Shown in pieces: positions 8,124 through 16,132 of a stretch of 32,000 bases of DNA; position 1 is the first letter of the stretch, and each line of letters opens with the position of its first letter. A program made the position numbers and the translations under genes. The stretch is from Candidatus Heimdallarchaeota archaeon. GTDB taxonomy: Archaea > Asgardarchaeota > Heimdallarchaeia > Heimdallarchaeales > Kariarchaeaceae. Location: assembly GCA_030149205.1 (NCBI GenBank), contig JASBSB010000001.1:720001-752000 (forward strand), read 5' to 3'. The notes beneath the pieces are model-generated. The model saw only the letters and a list, made by a program, of their open reading frames with translations. It did not search any database and was not told where the DNA came from.

Positions 8124-8801
8124 ATGTCACTTTTAAAAAAATTTGAAAAATATTTAGACATCTATGATCCAATATTGAAAAAGGGGAGTGGTTTAACTAC
8201 TGCAGAGTTAAAGTCTTTGGTTTCTTTCGAGATGATCACATTGACAAAAATTCCACTTAAATCAGGAAAATCACCTAAGAATGAGAATGCCTTTCAAATT
8301 ACGGATTCTGGGAGAAGTTATTTTCAAATGAAGCTTAACAAGAAGGTTCCAGTGACAGGTTTAATTCAAAGAACTAAAAAAAAGCTAGATGAAACTAACG
8401 CCCAGGTGATTGAGATGAAGGGGAGACTCTCAGGCTTAGAAAAGGAATTGTTGGAATTAAAGGAGGCATTGCTCAAAGTTGTCAAATTGGAGGATAAAGG
8501 GGAAACCCTGTCTTCTCATTCAATAAAGAAACATCTTTCAGACAGGGAAGTTCTTCAAATTTTGAGGGAGGCACAGAGCACCTCTCAACCAAAGGAACGA
8601 TCAGGTATGCTCTATTCAGTTGAAATTTATTTCTCTGCATTAAATAAGGCAAATTTTGAAGACGATAATATTAATCAAAAGTTGTATAATCTTTATGAAA
8701 ACAACTTGTTGGAACTTCAGATGGGACCAGCTAATAATCGTAGCAGAGGGGTAGTTTCACCCTCAGGGAAGACCTTTCATTGGGGTTGGGTTAAGGAATG
8801 A
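8124..8801 (+). CDS. Putative winged-helix / coiled-coil / winged-helix DNA-binding protein
   Basis: N-terminal ELKSLVSFEMI...FQITDSGRSYF (wH wing pattern); heptads KKLDETNAQVIEMKGRLSGLEKELLELKEALL; C-terminal INQKLYNLYENNLLELQMG...GVVSPSGKTFHW. Stop overlaps the next start (ATGA, 8798-8801). Confidence 0.6.
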   Translation: MSLLKKFEKYLDIYDPILKKGSGLTTAELKSLVSFEMITLTKIPLKSGKSPKNENAFQITDSGRSYFQMKLNKKVPVTGLIQRTKKKLDETNAQVIEMKGRLSGLEKELLELKEALLKVVKLEDKGETLSSHSIKKHLSDREVLQILREAQSTSQPKERSGMLYSVEIYFSALNKANFEDDNINQKLYNLYENNLLELQMGPANNRSRGVVSPSGKTFHWGWVKE

Positions 8802-10960
8802 TGAATTTTTTCCCAAATATTTCAGTAAATTACAAATCTCAGAGGGACAATTTGCTACTGGATAAGAGACTCCCCAACCCATTTCCCGGTAGACCTGCCT
8901 CTGCGACTTCCAGTAATCCACCTTTAAAATTATTGGGAAGAGATAAGCAAAGGAAAAAATTATATGATATTATAACAAAAGCTGCAACTACAGACAACCG
9001 ACCTTTGATTATTATACAGGGTGAAACTGGGATGGGGAAATCTGCATTAACCTCGTTTATTTTCTCTGAGATCACCAAAAACACCTTTCCATCACAGAAT
9101 CAGGGGTTAGATATTTACAGTGCATATATTGAAGCCTATGGTGAGGCAAATGACTTTAGACTGGGGAGCTTCTATACACAGATAATAAAATCATTAGATA
9201 AACATGGACAGTTAGGAACAATTGTTGCGAAGGTTATTCAAAAGATTGGGAAAATAATTTATGAAACAGACCACGAGGAATTTTTACGCTTGTTCAATGA
9301 TTGGAATATCAATGAAGGATTAGACTCTATCTTTGAGCATATCAATAATTATTCTACAGCTGCACAGTTCTATGATAACCTGTTAGCTGGGGTTTCGGTC
9401 TTTTATACCCAGATTAAGAATGAATGGAAGTCAATTGATAGCTCATTTTTACGGGTCTTGCTGCTCTCTCAGTTTGCAACGAAAAATAGGTTAAATGCAA
9501 TTGAATCATTGATTACAGGAAAATCATTTGATTCATTTGCTGTCAGCACCGATGCGGAGGCAAGAGATTTGATAAACACATTTATGGATCTGTTGATAAC
9601 CCTAAACCAAAACACTGCCTTTGTCTTATTCATTGATCAACTGGAGGAGTTATTTACAATCCAGACACCAGAAAAGATTTCAATACAGATATTTACCTTA
9701 TTACTGACCCTGAGACAGATACCTAAGTTATCCATTATCTTATCAGGGAATAATCAAGCCTTCAAATACCTCCTTGACAACTTAGAAGAGGATCCAAGAA
9801 ATCAGATTGAACAATGGCAGATTTTTCTTTATCTTCCTAAACTTGAGGGATCTGATGTATGTTCTATCATTTATCAGTTGTTACTTGAATTCTGGAAAGC
9901 ACAAAACATGACTCCAGATCATAAAGCTCCCTTTTACCCTTTCTCTGAAAAAACCATTGAATATATATATGAAAAAAATGATAGGAATCTCCGGTCTACC
10001 TTAATAAATTTTCATGATATAGTGTCAAAATTTAGAGATGATGAAAAGGTTGAGGATTTGACAGATCCAATTAAAGCTATTGCTTCCTTAGGGATCATAA
10101 AAAATCCAAGATTTATACCTAGCCAGATCCAGAAGGACTTTTATAATTACTTGATTTCAAACAAGATCCAAGACAAATTCAGAGCACAAATTCCAGAAGA
10201 TGCCCTGCATAATTTATTCACACTTCTAATGAGAGAAGTAGATTACATCTCAGAGGTCAAAAAATCTCCAAAGTTACCCAATTCAGGCAAAAAGCCAGAT
10301 ATTTATTACCGGCTTGGAGGAAATCTACTCCACTCCAACTCAACTAAGGTTGGAATTGAAGTAAAGTGCTATAGAAGAGGAAACAAGGTTGATAGAGGTA
10401 ACATCATGAAAACTGTGGAGTTATTGGAAAAGGGAGATGTGGATTACGTTGTCTGGGTAACAAACGTAGAACTTGATTTACAGACCATTTCACAGCTACC
10501 CCCATCAATCAAAGAAAAACAACTAAGTATAAGCCCTAAGACTGAGGAGCAATTTGCATATCTTTATTGGACATATATTTTTCAAGATGCAATGAATAGA
10601 CCTCCATCAAAGGAAGAAGTCATTTTCTTGTTTGACAAGATAGGATATCCAGAACACTTACTGAGAATAGAGAAGTCAGGAGAACCATTGGTCTTAAAGC
10701 CTAATCCTACTCCAATTCCAGAACCAACTGAGAGTTTTCATGAACAGATAACCCAATTTCTTTTGGATGAGTTTGAAAGTTTATTGTCTAAGGGAAGAAA
10801 ACAGGTTCGAAAAGAGGATTTGTTTACTAGTTTTAAGAAGGAAAGAATTATTGAAGACGAATCGTCTGTGGAACTAGAATTTGTCGATATCTTAGAAAAG
10901 ATAGTGGATAAAAAAGATAAAATGAGAACAACAACAAGGTTGGTCAAATTTATCCAATAG
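8798..10960 (+). CDS. P-loop ATPase (BrxD/DUF2791-like, AAA+/STAND-related) fused to an Mrr-like PD-(D/E)XK nuclease and a C-terminal winged helix
   Basis: Walker A GETGMGKS (aa 75-82, nt 9020-9043); Walker B FVLFIDQLEE (D280, nt 9635) after a ~200-aa helical insert; YPFS...RNLR lid; nuclease PD (aa 500-501)...IEVKCY (aa 520-525)...KV...YVVWVTN; PNPTPIPEP linker; helical/wH C-terminus. Confidence 0.75.
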   Translation: MMNFFPNISVNYKSQRDNLLLDKRLPNPFPGRPASATSSNPPLKLLGRDKQRKKLYDIITKAATTDNRPLIIIQGETGMGKSALTSFIFSEITKNTFPSQNQGLDIYSAYIEAYGEANDFRLGSFYTQIIKSLDKHGQLGTIVAKVIQKIGKIIYETDHEEFLRLFNDWNINEGLDSIFEHINNYSTAAQFYDNLLAGVSVFYTQIKNEWKSIDSSFLRVLLLSQFATKNRLNAIESLITGKSFDSFAVSTDAEARDLINTFMDLLITLNQNTAFVLFIDQLEELFTIQTPEKISIQIFTLLLTLRQIPKLSIILSGNNQAFKYLLDNLEEDPRNQIEQWQIFLYLPKLEGSDVCSIIYQLLLEFWKAQNMTPDHKAPFYPFSEKTIEYIYEKNDRNLRSTLINFHDIVSKFRDDEKVEDLTDPIKAIASLGIIKNPRFIPSQIQKDFYNYLISNKIQDKFRAQIPEDALHNLFTLLMREVDYISEVKKSPKLPNSGKKPDIYYRLGGNLLHSNSTKVGIEVKCYRRGNKVDRGNIMKTVELLEKGDVDYVVWVTNVELDLQTISQLPPSIKEKQLSISPKTEEQFAYLYWTYIFQDAMNRPPSKEEVIFLFDKIGYPEHLLRIEKSGEPLVLKPNPTPIPEPTESFHEQITQFLLDEFESLLSKGRKQVRKEDLFTSFKKERIIEDESSVELEFVDILEKIVDKKDKMRTTTRLVKFIQ

Positions 10961-11184
10961 ATCTAATTTAAGTAATGATGAACTTTTAGACCTGTTTTAA
11001 GTAAATGGAATATTGGATTATTGTGGTCTACATCCATCAAGCTGAAATACTTCTTAGAAGTCTCAGATATTGAGAATAGCCTTTAGAACCGAACAGAGAC
11101 AGTTTGAAAAATTATTTCATTTCTGTGCTTATCCTGATACGGTAATGTAAAAATTAATATGTTTCAGTTGTTATTCCTAATCAA

Positions 11185-12297
11185 ATGAATTCAATCAATC
11201 GTAACCTTGAACTTCCGAAGAAGTACAAAAGGTACCTCGAGATGAGAAGTTCGGGTCCCTTAGAGAAATTGATTGCTGTGACTCTGTTTGTTCTTGCCAT
11301 TGTACCATTGATTTGGGTAATTTACAACTTTTACACCTTTCATAACTTTAGCACCTTATTCATTGGTTTTAGCTATTTTATTTTGCTAGGAATCGTCCAA
11401 GTTGTGATACTTTCAGGATATTCACTAAATTATCGCTTTATTTTAAATAACTCGAAAATTATTATAAAGCAAGGTTGGAAGGAGTTTAAATTCTCACTTT
11501 TTGATCCAAGCTTTGATTTTAGGCTCGAGGTGAAAGATGGAGAAGTGGGGGTGGGGGTGAAATCGGATCTAGAAGATTTAAATTTGGTCACAAGATTCAT
11601 ATCTGAAAGGAGAATTAAGGTATTTTTGGCAAATTTAGTGGCTCGTCTACCGAAGGACAGATTTAAGTATAGTTTTGAGGATACTGAAGGAATAAGGTTT
11701 CACCTTTTCCACATTGGTGGGGAACAAGAATTAGCTTCTGATCAAACATATGATCTGGATGATGCAGATCATGTCAGATATAAAGCAAAGCACTGGCAAT
11801 TCAAAGCAAATAAGATTCTGTTGATAAGTCTCACGGGTCTGTTGTTGTACACATTCATTACTTATTTGTTAAATTATTTGACAGTCCCTCAGGAAGTTAA
11901 CTTAGCTGTTTCACTAACAGCAACCTATGGTCTACAAATGCTGGTTGGATTGATTGTTTATGTTGTTGTCTTGCTTGGTTTGTTTGGAAGCCACCTTAGG
12001 TTGAAAAAAGAGCATTTGATCTTCACAAACCGTTTTATAAAAGATGAGGGGCTCTTACATACAAAATTCATATTCTTCAACTCAGTTAGATCTGTTCTAA
12101 TGACAGGTAATGGGGATACTCTTGATATAGTTATTGTCTACCTCCCAAGTAACGGCAGACTAAGTACAAAGACCTTAAACCTTCCCAAATACAATGAGGA
12201 ACGTTTTAAAAAACTGATTGATATTCTTCTTCAAGCAGGTGTTGAGGTGAAAAGGGAGAATTTACTTCAAAATACAGTGAACCTAAATCAGCCCTAA
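11185..12297 (+). CDS. Membrane protein with (2TM + PH-like soluble domain) x2 architecture
   Basis: TM pair, then RFILNNSKIIIKQGWKEFKF; second TM pair after KHWQ, then LIFTNRFIKDEGLLHTKFIFFNSVRSV. Confidence 0.6.
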   Translation: MNSINRNLELPKKYKRYLEMRSSGPLEKLIAVTLFVLAIVPLIWVIYNFYTFHNFSTLFIGFSYFILLGIVQVVILSGYSLNYRFILNNSKIIIKQGWKEFKFSLFDPSFDFRLEVKDGEVGVGVKSDLEDLNLVTRFISERRIKVFLANLVARLPKDRFKYSFEDTEGIRFHLFHIGGEQELASDQTYDLDDADHVRYKAKHWQFKANKILLISLTGLLLYTFITYLLNYLTVPQEVNLAVSLTATYGLQMLVGLIVYVVVLLGLFGSHLRLKKEHLIFTNRFIKDEGLLHTKFIFFNSVRSVLMTGNGDTLDIVIVYLPSNGRLSTKTLNLPKYNEERFKKLIDILLQAGVEVKRENLLQNTVNLNQP

Positions 12298-12464
12298 ATT
12301 TTAGATTACGACTACAGACTAGGTAATTGCTAATTTAAAGATAATATAAGATTAAATTAAGTAAAATTGAGCATCTAGATAATTGTGAAAAATTGTGAAA
12401 ATATTATAAAGCTCTGTTCAAAATTGTAAGGGTATAGCTGCCTTGCTTTCTTGTCTGCTGATCA

Positions 12465-12914
12465 CTATTTGATTTTTTTGGCGTGCTTATACTGAGATAG
12501 AAACTCATCCACAGATGTGTGACTGATTGCTTTGGCTATGACATCAAGTGGCAGATTTTCGAGCTTTCTGAATCTGACACAGGATTTTCCCATATCCAGT
12601 CGTTTTCCTGATGCCTTATATTCCTTGATGAACCATTCACTAAGGTCTGGGTCTGAGTAGACATTGTTCATGTACAGAGACATGTGGTTCTTTTGGGAAG
12701 CAAGGCTTAGATAGGCGAGGGGAAGCTTGTTATAGGTGTTTGGGAATGTCTCCAGGGGTATTACATAACTGATCATCCCGTATTGATAGACCTCCTTGTA
12801 TCCCTCCGGTAAATTCTCAAGAATAAGCTTTCTCAGCTGGGTTAAAGCATCCCTTCGGTCTTCAGGAAGTTTACTGAGATACTCTTCTATGGTAGATGCC
12901 TCGATTTTCATCAA
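12465..12914 (-). CDS. DUF1801 (YdhG-like) protein
   Basis: TIEEYLSKLPEDRRDALTQLRKLI, YGMISYVIP, LASQKNHMSLY, LDMGKSCVRF. Real start is probably ATG 12911 (TATA TTTAAATA at 12934-12941). Confidence 0.92.
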   Translation of the reverse strand: MMKIEASTIEEYLSKLPEDRRDALTQLRKLILENLPEGYKEVYQYGMISYVIPLETFPNTYNKLPLAYLSLASQKNHMSLYMNNVYSDPDLSEWFIKEYKASGKRLDMGKSCVRFRKLENLPLDVIAKAISHTSVDEFLSQYKHAKKIK

Positions 12915-13353
12915 AATAGATATTGGTCTTAACTATTTAAATAAGAGCTTGATTGAAGATTTGATTTGTAATGATATTCTCAGTGTAACATTTGAAATAC
13001 ATTAATAAAATAAACAAATAATTAAAATAAAGTGTTAATTTTGACTATAGGCTTATCTTGGAGAGCAATTGTGGTTATTACTACAATTTAAGTGTCAAAA
13101 TATTGTATTACATAATTAAATAGGTGGTTCCCTAATTAAAAGCATGATTTTTAACAATCTTTCTATAAATATCTAAATTATTCCAATTCACACTACATTT
13201 CTGAGTTTGAAAATTGTAACACATTTTGCTACCGACTGCAATCCTAAATTCCTCAAACTCTTAGCATTGTAGCTTACTAGAATATTTTTTCCACATGCTT
13301 CGAATATTTATTTATTTTTACTCAGATTTTAATAACTCTAAAGTAAATGATGT

Positions 13354-14484
13354 TTGTTGAATACTAATCCTGGAGATGGAAACAAAGTACTCTCAAAAGA
13401 GGTGCAAACCAAAGGTATCCCCCCCTATAAGGCACTTTACAGTATAATTATCCCAACAATGCCACGAGTATACAGATGGGGTATAACAGGCTTGTATTTT
13501 TTATCTGTTTTTTATCTAATTTATTTACTCCTATGGCAAGGCAACCGAATTCAGTCACTGTTTTCTCTTAACGAGCTTTTGGTATTTGGGTATGTATTTT
13601 TTGTTGGATTGATTCTTTCCTTACTTAAAAGGGATGTCAGTCTGAATGTTTTGCAAGATCGATTCATCATCGGAGGAGTTTTTTTGGGTCGTAAACGATT
13701 TTTAATGAGGGATAGGTCTTTCTCTCTGTTACTCAGTACTGATAACTCACAAATAAGCTTAGAGGTGCAGCAAGGAGACAAAAAAATCCAGAAGAAATTA
13801 CCGGCTATTCACTATGACAAATTTAGAAACTTCTGTTACACTGTTAGCAGGTTAATTGACCCTAGAATTTCAGAAGCTACAATCAACGAGGAGCATGGTT
13901 TAACACTAAAGATTTCACCGCTTCCTGAAATTGTCACGCAGGGGATTAAATTTACCTGGTATGATATTTTAGGAAGATCACAGGCGGTTAGGTTTAAAAT
14001 TTCAAAGATTGTCATGTTCGGAGCAATCGCAATTTTTGGGATCATATTTATGTTTGTTGTACCAAATTTCAGCCAAGCTATAGTGAACTCTAGTGTTAAC
14101 CAAGTTTTTGTTGTATTAACACTTTTCGGTATAGCAATATCCCTAACAGTTACCATAAGTCTGTCATACTTAATCGGGGCACGACAGATCAACAAGTTTT
14201 TACGATATAACTCAACCTATATCAACTACAAGGGGTTTTTTAAGAGTGAATTTATTTCACTCGCATCCATCTCAACTGTGGAAATTCTAAGAGATGAAAA
14301 GACAACTTCCATACAAATAAATTACAGGTCGTTTAAAGGGGTCTTTCGAGTTAGAGAGTTCCGTATCCCTAATTTACAAGACCCAGAACTTGACCTCTTT
14401 CTTTTAACACTTGAGGGTCAAGATTTCCAAGTTGATAAATCTGAGGGCACAGTAATTCATGCCCGAGGAACATCATTGATATAA
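13354..14484 (+). CDS. Membrane protein, (2TM + PH-like) x2 family paralog
   Basis: Two TM pairs each followed by a beta-rich domain; TWYDILG motif before the second TM pair; FLRYNSTYINYKGFFKSEFISLASISTVEI. Start uncertain (TTG; MPRVY ATG is an alternative). Confidence 0.6.
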   Translation: MLNTNPGDGNKVLSKEVQTKGIPPYKALYSIIIPTMPRVYRWGITGLYFLSVFYLIYLLLWQGNRIQSLFSLNELLVFGYVFFVGLILSLLKRDVSLNVLQDRFIIGGVFLGRKRFLMRDRSFSLLLSTDNSQISLEVQQGDKKIQKKLPAIHYDKFRNFCYTVSRLIDPRISEATINEEHGLTLKISPLPEIVTQGIKFTWYDILGRSQAVRFKISKIVMFGAIAIFGIIFMFVVPNFSQAIVNSSVNQVFVVLTLFGIAISLTVTISLSYLIGARQINKFLRYNSTYINYKGFFKSEFISLASISTVEILRDEKTTSIQINYRSFKGVFRVREFRIPNLQDPELDLFLLTLEGQDFQVDKSEGTVIHARGTSLI

Positions 14485-14626
14485 CGTAGCTCGAACTATT
14501 CTTTTAAAATACTGATATTTTGTGAAAAGGATGATTCTAAGAATAGATGACTTTGACACGCCTCCGTTTTAAGGGTTAATATTTTGAAACAGCGAATTCT
14601 TTACTTCGGAACGAGCTTATTTTATA

Positions 14627-15112
14627 TTAAGGTTGGTAAGGTGCCTTCCAGTTTACATTAACCAGTTTGTTGATGGTCTGAGGGATGCCATAGACAAGGA
14701 CTTTTACGGTAATATAAACGTGTATGGTACCACTTTCAACTGCAAGGTGTCCAATATTTTTGGTTGCATTGACAACGATGGTGTAGTTATGTGAGCTGAA
14801 GGGATTGATATTCCCTAGATCATTGTTTCCATTCCCAACAGTTACATTTGAGACGACACCAGATGTGAAAGTCGCAATGATGTCGACCTTAAGGTTACTC
14901 AAAACTATAAGGCCCCCATTTGAAATTGAAAGAGGGGTCTTAATTATGACAGTTCCTGTATACTTTCCTCCAAAAAATGTTGGTGGTGAGATTTTGGAAT
15001 CCATTGTCGTCTTTCCCACAGTCACGTGGATCTGAAGGGCACTATAAGCCAATACACCAGCTATAAGCAGAAGGACAATTAGAGTTGCAAAAAGTTTTTT
15101 CAGTTTTCCCAT
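14627..15112 (-). CDS. N-terminally anchored LEA_2/WHy-like beta-sandwich protein
   Basis: Single N-terminal TM; PLSISNGGLIVLSNLKVDI resembles the LEA_2 NxN-type motif; beta-strand rich. Confidence 0.5.
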   Translation of the reverse strand: MGKLKKLFATLIVLLLIAGVLAYSALQIHVTVGKTTMDSKISPPTFFGGKYTGTVIIKTPLSISNGGLIVLSNLKVDIIATFTSGVVSNVTVGNGNNDLGNINPFSSHNYTIVVNATKNIGHLAVESGTIHVYITVKVLVYGIPQTINKLVNVNWKAPYQP

Positions 15113-15199
15113 AACAAAAATATACTATCCTAATCTATAATATTTTCTAAATGAATATATCTATTTTCTCTATTAACCTAAAAAATTCTTCTCTTACCT

Positions 15200-15814
15200 T
15201 TAGTTTGACATAAAACCTCTAATGATCTTTCTCGCAGAATCTACGACCTGATCCATGAGATTCTCTGTCTTGTACCCATGTGATCGTAAGGCATGTAGTA
15301 TTCTTTGATGATACATGACATTTGAACTTTCAAATAGAACCTCCTCTCTCCTGTTTACTTTTGAAATAAGGAGACGTTGTTTCAAGTGAACATCTCCTAT
15401 TGTGGTGTCTGACAAATTCCCTTTAATTAGACTTGACTGGGGAGTCTCCCTGTTGACATTTAGATTGTATTTTATGCTACGGATTTCCTCTCTCTTCCAT
15501 TTTTTGGAGAATGAAAATCCTAGACTTAGTTTTCTGCTTATATGCTGATCAGTGATAATGAAGGTTGTAGTTATCAAATTTTTGAGTATTACCCTTAAGA
15601 AGATAATTGTAATGGCAATCAAACTGAGTAATAGAGTACTTATAAACACATAAAAGAACATCCCTAAGTTGGGTTGAGTCAGACTGAATATTAATATGGA
15701 TATGAATATAACTAATAGTAAAGAGATAGAAGACAACCCTAGTAGAAATTTACCCTGCGTAGAGCGAAATTCTCTTAGAGAATGTTCTTCATTGATTTTG
15801 ATGATTGTCTCCAC
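15200..15814 (-). CDS. 2TM + PH-like domain membrane protein
   Basis: Two TM helices followed by TTFIITDQHISRKLSLGFSFSKKWKREEIRSI, typical of bacterial-type PH (bPH) domains. Confidence 0.55.
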   Translation of the reverse strand: METIIKINEEHSLREFRSTQGKFLLGLSSISLLLVIFISILIFSLTQPNLGMFFYVFISTLLLSLIAITIIFLRVILKNLITTTFIITDQHISRKLSLGFSFSKKWKREEIRSIKYNLNVNRETPQSSLIKGNLSDTTIGDVHLKQRLLISKVNRREEVLFESSNVMYHQRILHALRSHGYKTENLMDQVVDSARKIIRGFMSN

Positions 15815-16132
15815 AAGTATACCACGTTCAATTAATTATTAAATTTCCCTTTTGTAGCCCTGACTAAAAGATTGTTTAGGCGTGGGATTTAATTTGCTTC
15901 ATTAAGTACGGATTTATCCTAGATTACCAATTGATCAGCGAGATTTCGTATATCCACCTACCTATCCTAGAGATAAAATCCATTAATTGGTGAACGTAAT
16001 TAGACACTTAATTAAAATCTACCTCCTGACTGATATGTAAGCTAATTTGAGAAAAATTTTACCTATAGATTAAAACAGTAATATTATGATTTTTAATTAT
16101 GATTTTGAGTTAAGATTGCGAATAAAATTTGT

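Noticed and set aside
1496-10960. WD40 protein as the split sensor of a STAND ATPase (NPFPG and IDQLEELFT resemble nSTAND1 motifs)
   Set aside because: Genes are over 5.7 kb apart, on opposite strands, with different GC and unrelated genes between; the long Walker A-B insert fits BrxD-like ATPases better.
8798-10960. Orc1/Cdc6 replication initiator or a complete BREX locus
   Set aside because: Too long, with a 200-aa insert and an internal nuclease; no ORB-like repeats noticed; no pglX, pglZ, brxC or brxHI in the window.
12380-12410. Short direct repeat AATTGTGAAA x2 (similarly ATGAAAGTTT x2 near 21049-21070)
   Set aside because: Only two 10-nt copies in AT-rich spacers; compatible with chance; no CRISPR-like spacer structure.
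12915-13353. Long AT-rich spacer as ncRNA, origin or pseudogene
   Set aside because: No convincing hairpin, tRNA fold, repeat array or motif-bearing reading frame; consistent with divergent promoters.
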